DNA of 49,099 bases from Candidatus Nanopelagicales bacterium (GCA_044336815.1 JBIIOU010000002.1:1-49099), one strand, 5' to 3'; counted from the first letter of the stretch, positions 1 to 9,316 are shown. The notes: generated by a model from the letters alone, not told the origin. Numbers and translations: made by a program.

Positions 1-345
1 CGGGACCCAAAACTGGCGGAGTCGATCCGCGCCAATCTTTTCTTGTTCGAGGACATCGCAAACATCGACAACAGGTCCCTGCAGTTGGTTCTTCGAGAGG
101 TAAGCCCTCAGGATCTCGCCATGTCTTTGAAGGGGGTGAGCCCAGAGGTACACGAAAAGGTGCTGTCGAACCTCTCCACTCGTGCCGCCGACATGCTCGA
201 GGAGGAGTTGGAGTTGATGGGTCGCGTGCGCCGAGTCAATGTCGAGGAAGCCCAAGGCAAGATCGTCGCGGTCATCCGCCGCCTCGACGAAAAGGGCGAT
301 ATCGAAATCAGCATCGGAGGTGGCGACAATGAGTTCGTCTCTTAA
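1..345 (+). CDS. fliG: Flagellar motor switch protein FliG, C-terminal part (5' end lies upstream of the window)
   Basis: The frame is open from nt 1 to TAA at 343-345. The sequence NIDNRSLQLVLREVSPQDLAMSLKGVSPEVHEKVLSNLSTRAADMLEEELELMG...EEAQGKIVAVIRRL matches the FliG C-terminal domain. fliH and fliI follow. Confidence 0.9.
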   Translation, partial: RDPKLAESIRANLFLFEDIANIDNRSLQLVLREVSPQDLAMSLKGVSPEVHEKVLSNLSTRAADMLEEELELMGRVRRVNVEEAQGKIVAVIRRLDEKGDIEISIGGGDNEFVS

Positions 346-1048
346 GGCTTCACGCGTGGGATGGTCGGAGGCGCGGACACTAACCGCTACCAGGTTTGAC
401 ACCGTACTCAGTTATTTCGAACCAGAGTCTATTCCGGAACTGGATCTAAGTGGCGCCGAACTTCTCAACAACCAGATGATGACGGACCTGATTTCTGCAG
501 CCGAGTCCAAGGCGACTAAGCGCGGATTCGACAGTGGCTACACCGAGGGCCGCGAGCAGTTAGAAGCCGAGGTGCGTGCGGAACTTCTCGTGGAGCACAC
601 GCGTTTGATAGACGAGCAGGTTGCTCTTCGTGGCCAGCTCGAAAGCGCGCTGGAGATTCTGGCGAGTGCAGTAGCTTCGCTAGAGAAAGCCGTTCTGCCG
701 GTATACACAGAGGTTGGGCAAAATCTTGGTGCGGTCGTAGTGGCTCTTGTCGAAGAGCTGCTAGGTGTCGAATTGGCGGCAAACCAGATGCAGGTGATCA
801 ACGCGATCAGCGCTGCAGCCGCTGAAATACCCGGACGCTCCGAGATACAGATTTCATTACACCCCGCAGATCTTGAACTCATCAATTCTTTAGAGCTGGA
901 TCTCGCCGAGTCCGTTAAGCGCCCGGTACGGCTTGTCGCCGACGATTCGGTAGCAGCCCACGGAGCAGTGGTAACCAGCGAATGCACTCGAGTTGACGCC
1001 CAGATCGGGCAACGAGTTGAGCGTCTTAGAGCGGCATTAGCCTCATGA
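329..1048 (+). CDS. fliH: Flagellar assembly protein FliH
   Basis: ATG at 329 overlaps the fliG 3' end by 17 nt. It has the GFDSGYTEGREQLEAEVRAEL region typical of FliH and sits between fliG and fliI. The stop overlaps the fliI ATG (ATGA). The 239 start in the ORF track lies inside fliG and is unlikely. Confidence 0.8.
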   Translation: MSSSLKASRVGWSEARTLTATRFDTVLSYFEPESIPELDLSGAELLNNQMMTDLISAAESKATKRGFDSGYTEGREQLEAEVRAELLVEHTRLIDEQVALRGQLESALEILASAVASLEKAVLPVYTEVGQNLGAVVVALVEELLGVELAANQMQVINAISAAAAEIPGRSEIQISLHPADLELINSLELDLAESVKRPVRLVADDSVAAHGAVVTSECTRVDAQIGQRVERLRAALAS

Positions 1049-2349
1049 ACCTCACGGAAACTCTAGAAATGGGTAAGCATGCGATCCGGCTTCCCGTTAG
1101 TGGCGAAGTAGTAGGCGTTAATGGTCTAACAATCTGGCTTCAAGGTGTCCGTTCTGCGATTGGTGACGTTCTCGACCTCGACATCAACGGGCAGAGTCTT
1201 CTCGCCCAGGTTGTCGGAATCTCCGGTGATCGCTTGGCCTGCATGCCTCTTGGTGAAATGTCAGGCGTTGCACCCGGGGTTAAGGCCCGAGCCACAAATT
1301 CACCCGTGCTCGTACCTATCGGCGATGGGCTCTTGGGGCGTGTTATTGATGCTCTCGGAAACCCAATCGACGACAAAGGTCCACTTGAGCGAATGCCGAT
1401 GCTGGCCACCACGAATAAGGCACCGTCTCCTTTGTCACGGCAACGAATCACCGAGCAACTCCATGTTGGGGTTCGCGCTATCGACTCACTCATCCCAATC
1501 GGTCGGGGCCAGCGCATCGGCATCTTTGCCGGGTCCGGCGTTGGTAAATCAACCTTGATGTCAATGATGGCTCGAAATACCTCCGCGGACGTTGTCGTCG
1601 TCGGATTGGTGGGTGAGCGCGGGCGCGAGGTGCTTGAGTTCATTGAAAACGATCTTGGTCCCGAGGGATTGTCTAAATCGGTCGTTGTGGTCGCCACCTC
1701 GGATATGCCTCCCATGGTTCGACTGCAAGCGGCATCAACTGCCACTCGAATTGCAGAGCACTTCCGCGACAATGGGTTGCACGTCCTGCTCTTCATCGAC
1801 AGCATCACGCGCACGATGACTGCGCAGCGTGAGGTTGGCCTATCTGCTGGTGAGCCACCCGCTGCCCGCGCCTACCCGCCTTCGGCATTCGCCATGCTGC
1901 CACGGCTACTTGAGCGAGCAGGTGCATCTAGTGTCGGGACAATCACCGGGATCTACACGGTTCTCATCGAAGGCGACGACCTGCAGGATCCAGTGGCTGA
2001 TAGCGCCCGGTCAATACTTGACGGGCACATAGTCTTGGACCGCGAGCTCGCTACGGCGAACCACTACCCGGCAATTGATGTGCTCGGATCTGTTTCCCGA
2101 GTGGCACCACATGTCACCACCAGTGAAGTGCAGGCAAGTGGAGCTGTGCTGAAGAGACTTCTTGCTGCCTACCGCGAGGCAAAGATCCTGGTCGAAGTCG
2201 GCGCCTACGTGTCAGGGTCGAATGCCGACGTAGACAGAGCAATCGCTCTAATGCCTCGGATTAATGCGTTCCTGCGACAGCCAACACAAGAGGTACCTAG
2301 CCTGAAAGACTCGCAGCAGCAACTCCTTGAATTGGTGGGTGCACAGTGA
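1045..2349 (+). CDS. fliI: Flagellum-specific ATPase FliI
   Basis: 434 aa with Walker A GSGVGKST, Walker B VLLFIDSITR and the F1/T3SS ATPase core. Flanked by fliH and fliJ. Confidence 0.96.
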   Translation: MNLTETLEMGKHAIRLPVSGEVVGVNGLTIWLQGVRSAIGDVLDLDINGQSLLAQVVGISGDRLACMPLGEMSGVAPGVKARATNSPVLVPIGDGLLGRVIDALGNPIDDKGPLERMPMLATTNKAPSPLSRQRITEQLHVGVRAIDSLIPIGRGQRIGIFAGSGVGKSTLMSMMARNTSADVVVVGLVGERGREVLEFIENDLGPEGLSKSVVVVATSDMPPMVRLQAASTATRIAEHFRDNGLHVLLFIDSITRTMTAQREVGLSAGEPPAARAYPPSAFAMLPRLLERAGASSVGTITGIYTVLIEGDDLQDPVADSARSILDGHIVLDRELATANHYPAIDVLGSVSRVAPHVTTSEVQASGAVLKRLLAAYREAKILVEVGAYVSGSNADVDRAIALMPRINAFLRQPTQEVPSLKDSQQQLLELVGAQ

Positions 2350-2795
2350 AGAATCGAAATCTAGATGTGCTGTTAAAGGTACGCAAGGCTAAGGAGGGCC
2401 AGACACTTGCAACTTTTGGCGCCGAGCGCCTAATTGTTGTTGGGCTAACCGGTCAACTCGAAGGAGCGACATCTAACTTGGCGAATCTCCTGGCCGAAAG
2501 TAGAAGTCGTGTCGAAGACATAAAGATGCTTGCGGCGCGGAGATCAAGCTCAGCGGCCTGTATCCGACAGATCAATGACTCATTACTTCTAGCGCGGATG
2601 CGTACCGAAAATGCCCGTCGCGCTTGGCTGGCGGCCGATCAAGATCGGGAGATTGGTCAAAGGCTTGTTGACCGGGACCAAGACATTGCCGATGCGGAGA
2701 ATGACAGGGCTGAAAGCCGTGAGGCCGATGAACGCGCACAAGGTCGATTCATCGTTCGATACCCGAAAACCACCCATGAAGGGAAAGACTCATGA
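2346..2795 (+). CDS. fliJ: Flagellar export chaperone-like protein FliJ (assigned by position and coiled-coil character)
   Basis: 149 aa, charged and helical, with a GTG start overlapping the fliI stop (GTGA). It lies directly after fliI, as fliJ does in other flagellar operons. I recognise no strong motif. Confidence 0.6.
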   Translation: MKNRNLDVLLKVRKAKEGQTLATFGAERLIVVGLTGQLEGATSNLANLLAESRSRVEDIKMLAARRSSSAACIRQINDSLLLARMRTENARRAWLAADQDREIGQRLVDRDQDIADAENDRAESREADERAQGRFIVRYPKTTHEGKDS

Positions 2796-4534
2796 CCACA
2801 GTGGCCACCATTTCGGCCAGCGCACCTTCAGGTGCAGCAGGCTTCACCGGCCCCGCACGTTCATCGGAAACCTCGGACCAGTTCGCGATCGAGTTAGGCA
2901 AGTCGACGCAACAGGTGCGCGAGCGCGGGAACAGTGCTGAGTCTGGCCCCAACCCACCCCAGGGTGCGGCCGATAGCGCTGCGTCGACACCGGTCGAAAA
3001 CACCACTGGCAATGAAGTTGCGAGTGGAACTGGTGCTACACAACAAGGGGAACAAGTGGAGCCCCAGCAACTCCTTGAGAATGTGGTCGCGGGCTTGGAC
3101 AACGGCGAACATACTGATTTAGATATTGATCAGTCCTTAGACCCGCAATACTTGGTAAGTACCCCAATAGTTGCGATTGCGCCTTCGATAATTCTCCCGT
3201 CCGATTCGCTAGTGGCAGTTGAGGAGTCGGCGACTGCAGTTGCGCCGGTACCTGCCTTGCCGAAAGCGGTTGTGTCGTCACCGGTGACCTTGACTGCGGG
3301 CATGACCTCTGACGTTCTACCCACCGACTCTGTAGAACCGACTGCCACTATCCCCGTCGCAACCCTTGCCACCGCTCCCGAATTAGGTGTTTCGCAAACT
3401 GCTGCACCTGCACCTCCGCTCAGTCCAGACATCTCTACTCCAGTCACCATCGCTCCGGGGTCTGTCACTCCGATAAACGTGAGTCCAGACATCTCTACTC
3501 CGGTCACCATCGCTCCGGTCACTTTGACGCCAAACAACTTGACGCCAAACAACTTGACTCCAGAAATCTTGACCCCAGAAACCTTGACTCCGGTCACCGT
3601 CACTCCCGGCAACCTCAGTGCGCCAACCGCCGGAGCAGTGAGCCCCGCAGCGCAGCTTCAACCCTCGATCACCGCCCCGGTCGATTCTGAATCGCAAATA
3701 CAGCCAACAGCGACTCGAACTTCGCCAGCGGTTGACGGTGCTCCGGTCGGAACAACAGCTAATGCCGAGTCGAGTGCCCCCGGGGCGACGGTTCAAGTGG
3801 TCGCTAACCAAGGCGGCGACTCACAGCAATCATCAGAGCCCAGCGGTAGCGGAGTTAGTCAGCCTGAAGAATCCGCAGTTGTTGGCAGAGAACCAGATCA
3901 ACTATCTGACGAGTTAGCGAAGGTCGAGTCCGGTGCCACCGGCCGCATGCAGGTGGCTGATGCCGCGCAGGGCGTTGACCCAAGAGTGACAACTGCCGGA
4001 ACTAACCCCGTCGCAACCACAGCCCCGACCCCGGTGGCATTCGAATCAAATTCGCCGGTCACGGGGTCTGAGCCCAAGGCACCGGCGCCGGCCTCGACAC
4101 CGATTCCGGTTTCAACGCAGATGTCGGCGCACCTGAGCGCCTTTCGCGGTTTAGCCGATGGCACTTATGAGACCACGATCCGCCTGAACCCGGAGGAGCT
4201 AGGCCAAGTTTCGGTGCGCATCCAAGTAAACGGCGGCACCGTCTCCATCCACGCTTTCGGTGCCAGCGATATTGCCGTTCAAGCGCTGCGAGAGGCAATG
4301 CCGGACTTGCGTCAAGACCTGCTGCGATCAGGCCTAGACCTAGTGGATAGTCAAGTTGACCAAGGGTCAGCCTCCTTCGGTAACGATCGCGAAGCGGCCA
4401 GTGGCCGTCCACTTGACACTGATAAAACAGACGGATCGGCCGAAAATCGAATTGGTCGTCCGACCGGGGCAGATGTCGATGCAATTAACGATATGAACCG
4501 CTCCGAAGGAGGACTTCTCGATGTTCGAGTCTGA
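2792..4534 (+). CDS. fliK: Flagellar hook-length control protein FliK
   Basis: 580 aa. The N-terminal and middle parts are Pro/Thr/Ala-rich and disordered-looking, with internal tandem repeats. The C-terminal Flg_hook-type domain reads YETTIRLNPEELGQVSVRIQVNGGTVSIHAFGASDIAVQALREAMPDLRQDL. The start is ATGA-coupled to fliJ. Confidence 0.85.
   Translation: MTTVATISASAPSGAAGFTGPARSSETSDQFAIELGKSTQQVRERGNSAESGPNPPQGAADSAASTPVENTTGNEVASGTGATQQGEQVEPQQLLENVVAGLDNGEHTDLDIDQSLDPQYLVSTPIVAIAPSIILPSDSLVAVEESATAVAPVPALPKAVVSSPVTLTAGMTSDVLPTDSVEPTATIPVATLATAPELGVSQTAAPAPPLSPDISTPVTIAPGSVTPINVSPDISTPVTIAPVTLTPNNLTPNNLTPEILTPETLTPVTVTPGNLSAPTAGAVSPAAQLQPSITAPVDSESQIQPTATRTSPAVDGAPVGTTANAESSAPGATVQVVANQGGDSQQSSEPSGSGVSQPEESAVVGREPDQLSDELAKVESGATGRMQVADAAQGVDPRVTTAGTNPVATTAPTPVAFESNSPVTGSEPKAPAPASTPIPVSTQMSAHLSAFRGLADGTYETTIRLNPEELGQVSVRIQVNGGTVSIHAFGASDIAVQALREAMPDLRQDLLRSGLDLVDSQVDQGSASFGNDREAASGRPLDTDKTDGSAENRIGRPTGADVDAINDMNRSEGGLLDVRV
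3422..3518 (+). repeat. Two 37-bp direct repeats at 60-bp period inside fliK (one mismatch), each encoding SPDISTPVTIAP
   Basis: agtccagacatctctactcc[a/g]gtcaccatcgctccgg occurs at 3422-3458 and 3482-3518. Confidence 0.9.
3524..3598 (+). repeat. Five tandem 15-bp in-frame repeats inside fliK encoding LTPNN-LTPNN-LTPEI-LTPET-LTPVT
   Basis: ttgacgccaaacaac occurs twice, followed by ttgactccagaaatc, ttgaccccagaaacc and ttgactccggtcacc. Confidence 0.9.
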
Positions 4535-4576
4535 ATCCAGACCGCTAAGCAACCGACACGAAAGGAGGGTAATCAA

Positions 4577-5227
4577 GTGACTACAACCCCGGTAACCTCG
4601 AGCACGAACACTATTAGCGCGTTAACTGGAGTAAAGACAGCGAAGGCGGCCGAACCATCTGGTGAGCTTGGGCGCGATGCATTCTTGAAATTACTAGTGG
4701 CGCAGCTTAAGTATCAAGACCCACTAAACCCGGCCGATGGTGCTGAGTTCTTGGCCCAAACCGCCCAGTTCACGATGGTGGAGAAGCTGACCGAGATGGT
4801 GACTCAGGGCGACAAAACAGCGTTGAGCCAACAAGAAACTCAGGCCGCGCAGTTAGTGGGTAAGCAGGTGACCTACCTGACTACTTCGGGAACGAGTGAA
4901 CAGGGTCTCGTCGAGTCGACCAAATTCAACGATGACAGTCAGACTTTGACAATTGATGGCAAAACGGTGCAGCTCACCGCGGTCACAGGAGTAATCGGGG
5001 GCCCAGAAAATACACAGCTGGCCACTGCCCTCGCTAATCTCGGCCCGTCATTGTCTGCCAACCTGGCGCCCGAGTTAGCCGCGGTGCTCCGGGAGCTGGG
5101 AGTGAACTCCTTTGCAGCATCCAGTAGCGGAACCACAACTAGCCCGACCGTTGTAACTGAGCCGACCGTTGTAACTGAGCCGACCGTTGTAACTGACCCA
5201 ATCGGAGATGACACCCTGCCGAATTGA
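4577..5227 (+). CDS. flgD: Flagellar hook capping/assembly protein FlgD
   Basis: GTG start preceded by GAAAGGAGGG. It has the canonical FlgD N-terminal motif LGRDAFLKLLVAQLKYQDPLNPADGAEFLAQTAQFTMVEKL and lies between fliK and flgE. Confidence 0.9.
   Translation: MTTTPVTSSTNTISALTGVKTAKAAEPSGELGRDAFLKLLVAQLKYQDPLNPADGAEFLAQTAQFTMVEKLTEMVTQGDKTALSQQETQAAQLVGKQVTYLTTSGTSEQGLVESTKFNDDSQTLTIDGKTVQLTAVTGVIGGPENTQLATALANLGPSLSANLAPELAAVLRELGVNSFAASSSGTTTSPTVVTEPTVVTEPTVVTDPIGDDTLPN
5144..5197 (+). repeat. Three tandem 18-bp in-frame repeats at the flgD 3' end, encoding (P)TVVTE x3
   Basis: ccgaccgttgtaactgag occurs twice, followed by ccgaccgttgtaactgac. Confidence 0.9.
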
Positions 5228-5350
5228 GGATTAGACAAAACCCAAGGTGCCGCTAAGGACTGCGACACCGATGAAATTTAGGCCACGGATGGCGTTAAGC
5301 AGGAACCAGCTGGGCCATCGGGCCCTGCTAAACACCAACCGGAGGTAGAA

Positions 5351-6610
5351 ATGCTTCGCTCGCTATTTTCAGGAATTACCGGGCTGCGTGCCCACCAGCA
5401 AATGATGGACGTCACCGGCAACAACATCGCCAACGTGAACTCGGCTGGCTACAAGGCCCAGACGGCGGTCTTTGAGTCAGTGCTCTCCCAAGCGGTCAAG
5501 TCACCGGGTGCACCGGTTGCTGCGGGCGCCGGGACCGGTGCCGTAGGTGGCGTGAACGGGGTCCAGATCGGGCTCGGCGTCCAGCTCGCCGGCGTATCGA
5601 CGAACTTCGGTCAAGGATCCTCCCAGTTGACGGGTGTATCTACCGACTTCGCGATTCAAGGTACCGGCTTCTTCACCACGAACAACGGGTCGGAGAACTT
5701 GTTCACCCGGGCCGGGTCCTTCACTTTGGACGCCAACGGCAAGTTGGTCTCACCTGATGGAAGCATCGTTCAGGGCTATATGGCCGATGCCGATGGCGTT
5801 GTTAACCCCAACGCGGCGCCAGAAGATGTCACGCTGCCGGTGTCCCAACTGCTCCCTGCGGTGGCCAGTGATGAGATGACGATGTCCGGCAACCTTTCGG
5901 CCGATGCCGCGGTGGGTGACACGGTTGTCAGTTCGATCGTTACCTACGACGTGTTGGGCGCCGAGAGCACTACCACAGCGACATTCACCAAGACCGGTAC
6001 CGGCGCCTGGACAGTTCGTCTTGGTATTGCGCCTAATGCCGGCGCCACGGTCGCGATTGCCTTTGATGGATTCGGCGAGTTAACCACGGCAACCCCAATT
6101 GCGGTTCTCAATAGGCCCGCCATCGCTTATGCTGCAGGACCGCCCGTGGTCACTGCTGTCCCGGTTGCAAACTTCGCCGTGGAAATTGGCGGCCTGACGC
6201 AGTACTCGTCCGCCAGCTCATTCGGTATCACCGATCAGAATGGGGCGGGCGTGGGAGCTCTAACGACTTTCACCACGACCAGCGATGGTCAACTCATCGG
6301 CATTTACAGCAACGGTGAAAAGCAAGCGTTAGCACAGTTGGCCATTGCCACCTTTAATAACGCCGATGGCTTGGAGAAAGTCGGTGACTCCAGTTACCGG
6401 ACCACGGTTAACTCCGGTGTAGCGCTGATCGGTGCTGCGACCATTGGTGGTCGTGGGTCGATCCAAGGTGGGACCCTAGAAATGTCGAATGTCGACCTCG
6501 CCTCGGAGTTCACCAACTTGATCGTGGCCCAACGTGGGTTTGCCGCTAACTCTCGTACCATGACCGCCGCTGATGAAATGCTGCAGGAGCTCATGAGCAT
6601 TAAGCGCTAA
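5351..6610 (+). CDS. flgE: Flagellar hook protein FlgE
   Basis: N-terminus MLRSLFSGITGLRAHQQMMDVTGNNIANVNSAGYK and C-terminus GGTLEMSNVDLASEFTNLIVAQRGFAANSRTMTAADEMLQEL are the conserved rod/hook terminal segments. RBS GGAGG lies upstream. Confidence 0.93.
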   Translation: MLRSLFSGITGLRAHQQMMDVTGNNIANVNSAGYKAQTAVFESVLSQAVKSPGAPVAAGAGTGAVGGVNGVQIGLGVQLAGVSTNFGQGSSQLTGVSTDFAIQGTGFFTTNNGSENLFTRAGSFTLDANGKLVSPDGSIVQGYMADADGVVNPNAAPEDVTLPVSQLLPAVASDEMTMSGNLSADAAVGDTVVSSIVTYDVLGAESTTTATFTKTGTGAWTVRLGIAPNAGATVAIAFDGFGELTTATPIAVLNRPAIAYAAGPPVVTAVPVANFAVEIGGLTQYSSASSFGITDQNGAGVGALTTFTTTSDGQLIGIYSNGEKQALAQLAIATFNNADGLEKVGDSSYRTTVNSGVALIGAATIGGRGSIQGGTLEMSNVDLASEFTNLIVAQRGFAANSRTMTAADEMLQELMSIKR

Positions 6611-6623
6611 TCGGGTTTGGAGT

Positions 6624-6650
6624 AGGGGGGGCGCCGCTGGCGCCCCCCTA
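6624..6650 (+). terminator. GC-rich stem-loop directly after flgE (candidate terminator or attenuator without a U-tract)
   Basis: tagggggggcgcc-gctg-gcgcccccta gives a G/C stem of about 11 bp with one bulged G. It starts 14 nt after the flgE stop, and no T-run follows. Confidence 0.55.
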
Positions 6651-6825
6651 CAACACCAAGCACTTGGTGAAATGCCTATTTTATACCCTTTTACCCTTTT
6701 TGCGGCTTTTACTGTTACTTCCGCTCGACACTCGGCGATCTTTGCCTGACAATCCTCAGGTCTGCTCCTCCGCTGACGATTCTCTCTATTGCCTACTAAA
6801 AGGACGCGACGGAAGGACGGTCACC

Positions 6826-7089
6826 TTGATTATGCTCACGAGGCTCAATGGGGAGCAGTTTGCGTTGAACCCTGATCTCATTGAGCGGGCCGAGGAGTCG
6901 CCGGACACCGTGCTGACCCTAGTTGACGGGAAGCACCTGATGGTTAAGGAAAAACTAACCGACCTCATCGAGGCGATTCGAATGGACCGCGCATCGATCC
7001 TGGCGCTGGCTCAAGAGGTTGCTGCTTCGGTTGACCTGCAGGACGGCAAGCAAGGGCCGAACGTCGTCCCACTGAATCCGCGGCGCTGA
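6826..7089 (+). CDS. flbD: Flagellar protein FlbD (SwrD-like)
   Basis: (L/M)IMLTRLNGEQFALNPDLIERAEESPDTVLTLVDGKHLMVKEKLTDLIEAI matches the FlbD family (B. subtilis MIELTRLNG...). The start is TTG 6826 or ATG 6832, with GGAAGGA upstream. The ORF-track start at 6664 adds an implausible Leu-rich extension. Confidence 0.8.
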   Translation: MIMLTRLNGEQFALNPDLIERAEESPDTVLTLVDGKHLMVKEKLTDLIEAIRMDRASILALAQEVAASVDLQDGKQGPNVVPLNPRR

Positions 7090-7091
7090 TC

Positions 7092-7865
7092 ATGGATCCG
7101 ATTACCTTAATATCAGTTATTTTCGCCTTCATCATCGTCCTGGTAGTTCTAATTCTTGAAGGCGGATCGCCTACATCAGTTTTGCTGCTGGCTCCCCTGA
7201 TCTTGGTTTTTGGTGGCACTTTCGCCTGTGGTGCCGCAGGAATGTCAGCGAAGCTCTGGATTGCCTCAATTAAGGCCGGAGTGAAGTCGTTGTTGTCCGC
7301 GACCCCCAAGTACGACGGCCTACTGGAAACCCTGGTCAACTGCGCCAACATCGCTCGTCGTGACGGCCTGCTTTCCCTGGAGGCAACGGTCACCGAAATT
7401 GAGGAGCCATTGCTGCGGCGTGGGCTAGAACTGGCCATTGATGGCACTGACCCAACCGATCTAGCTCGAATACTCGAGGCCGAACTTTACAGCGAAAGCG
7501 TGAACGGTGGCCGCCACGCAAAACTATTCGTAGATATGGGTGGATACGCGCCGACCATCGGGATTATCGGCACGATCCTTGGTCTCGTGACCGTTCTGGG
7601 AAACCTCTCGAACCCTGACGAACTCGGTGGCGCTATTGCGGCCGCCTTCGTTGCAGCCATGTGGGGGGTGCTTTCGGCTAACGTCTTCTGGCTGCCAATT
7701 GGCGCCAAGATGCGGCTGCTGAATGAATTGCGTACGACACAGGGCGAAGTCATTATCGAGGGAATCTTGTCCATTCAAGCGGGTGCAAACCCACGTATGG
7801 TCGAGCGTAGGCTTCGCGCACTCTTACCCGCCGATGTATTGCGCGATCTCGAGAAAGCTTCCTGA
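7092..7865 (+). CDS. motA: Flagellar motor stator protein MotA
   Basis: 257 aa with a 4-TM MotA/ExbB-type layout (…APTIGIIGTILGLV…AFVAAMWGVLSANVFWLPIG…). motB follows immediately. Confidence 0.9.
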   Translation: MDPITLISVIFAFIIVLVVLILEGGSPTSVLLLAPLILVFGGTFACGAAGMSAKLWIASIKAGVKSLLSATPKYDGLLETLVNCANIARRDGLLSLEATVTEIEEPLLRRGLELAIDGTDPTDLARILEAELYSESVNGGRHAKLFVDMGGYAPTIGIIGTILGLVTVLGNLSNPDELGGAIAAAFVAAMWGVLSANVFWLPIGAKMRLLNELRTTQGEVIIEGILSIQAGANPRMVERRLRALLPADVLRDLEKAS

Positions 7866-7867
7866 CC

Positions 7868-8794
7868 TTGTCAAAGCGTCGGCACGTAGAGCACGAGGCG
7901 GAGAACCACGAACGGTGGCTCATCTCCTATGCCGACATGGTCACGCTGCTTTTCGCCCTTTTTGTCCTGCTTTACGCAATCAGCCAGGTTAACGAGAAGA
8001 AGTACGACGAAGTTTCAGCTTCACTTGCAGTTGCTTTCGGCGAGGTGGTTAACATCTCAGATGGCAATGACAGTATTTTGCCCAAGGCCGGTGACAATGT
8101 CACGCTGAGCGAGGCCCCTGTCGTTGACTCGCCCGCTGTTGTCATCCCGAATATCATGCCGACACTCCGTGAGCAGGTCTCGAGCGTGATGTCAACCCCG
8201 GGAACGGTCGAGAATACGAAGTCCGAGCTCGCCTTACAGTCCGCGGTTGCTGCCGAAGCAGCCGACCAGGCAACCCTGAGCAAGGCCGAAATGGCGCTGG
8301 CAAGTGCCGTGAGTTCTGCAGGGCTCTCCGGGAAAGTTGTGTTGAGCCGCGAGGAGCGAGGGTTGGTAGTTACGCTACTTACTGACGACGTGATCTTTGC
8401 GCCGCAAAGCGCTACCCTCCAATCCGCCGGGCAAAAGGCAATCAATGCGCTGCTGCCTTCCCTGCAAGACGCCGGTAGCCAGTTGATCATTGAGGGCCAC
8501 ACCAACACCGCCAGTGTTCGGCCGACCATGTTCCCGAGTGAATGGGAGCTTTCCAGCGCCCGCGCCGGGGCGGTGGCCCGGTTCCTCAACGGCGAGGGTA
8601 TCCCAATAGAAAGAATGTACGTCGCCGGTTACGGTGAAACTTCGCCCTTGGTGCCGGAGACCAATCCCGACCACCTGCGCCTAAATAGGCGGGTGGCAAT
8701 CGTGTTGGCGAGCTCTTTGACCAGCGAGCAACGGGCCCTGCTGGACGGTGCCCGGGCTGAGAATGAGATTTTCGATGACCAAGGTACCCAGTGA
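7868..8794 (+). CDS. motB: Flagellar motor stator protein MotB (OmpA-like C-terminal domain)
   Basis: TTG start. It has the N-terminal plug/TM segment ERWLISYADMVTLLFALFVLL with the conserved Asp. The C-terminal OmpA-type segment reads IEGHTN...ELSSARAGAVARFL...NRRVAIVL. Confidence 0.9.
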   Translation: MSKRRHVEHEAENHERWLISYADMVTLLFALFVLLYAISQVNEKKYDEVSASLAVAFGEVVNISDGNDSILPKAGDNVTLSEAPVVDSPAVVIPNIMPTLREQVSSVMSTPGTVENTKSELALQSAVAAEAADQATLSKAEMALASAVSSAGLSGKVVLSREERGLVVTLLTDDVIFAPQSATLQSAGQKAINALLPSLQDAGSQLIIEGHTNTASVRPTMFPSEWELSSARAGAVARFLNGEGIPIERMYVAGYGETSPLVPETNPDHLRLNRRVAIVLASSLTSEQRALLDGARAENEIFDDQGTQ

Positions 8795-8857
8795 TGAAAA
8801 TGGCACCAAGTTCGCTCAAGATCGCCAATTGGCAACCGATAGATTACTCGGAGGATT

Positions 8858-9316
8858 GTGATGGCTGCTAAGAAATCGGAAGCTAAAGACGGGGAGAAGA
8901 AGAAGTCTCCCCTTAAACTGGTGGTTATTTTGCTCGCGGTACTGCTCGTTGCTGGTGCCGCCTACATGTTTATGGGTCGAGGCTCTGCGGCTCCAGCACC
9001 GGCTGCGGCTGTTGCCGAGGCGCCCGTTATCGAGGGGGCGGTAATAAAGCTTGATCCCCTATTCATCAACCTAAAGGATGAGCGCTTCTTGAAGCTGGGA
9101 ATCGCCCTTCAGACTTCACTCATGGGCAAGGACCCCGAACTTGATGGTTCGAAGGCTCTGGACGCGGCCATTGAGGTATTTAGTGGTCAAGACATCCAAC
9201 AGCTATCTGAGGAGGCCGGCAGAAGCCTACTCAAGGAGGAGCTGCTCACCCAGATAACCGAGGCCTATGGGTCAGAGGTTTCGGACATCTATTTCACGGA
9301 GTTCGTGATGCAGTAG
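8858..9316 (+). CDS. fliL: Flagellar basal-body-associated protein FliL
   Basis: Lys-rich N-terminus, a single TM (LKLVVILLAVLLVAGAAYMF), then IKLDPLFINLKDERFLKLGIALQ, typical of FliL. The start is GTG 8858 or ATG 8861, with GGAGGA upstream. Confidence 0.8.
   Translation: MMAAKKSEAKDGEKKKSPLKLVVILLAVLLVAGAAYMFMGRGSAAPAPAAAVAEAPVIEGAVIKLDPLFINLKDERFLKLGIALQTSLMGKDPELDGSKALDAAIEVFSGQDIQQLSEEAGRSLLKEELLTQITEAYGSEVSDIYFTEFVMQ

Noticed and set aside
6664-6825. Long N-terminal extension of flbD from the ORF-track start (141 aa)
   Set aside because: The extension (MVKCLFYTLLPFLRLLLLLPLD…) lies in AT-richer spacer DNA. FlbD proteins are about 70-90 aa and begin at M-I-x-LTRLNG, which matches the start at 6826/6832.
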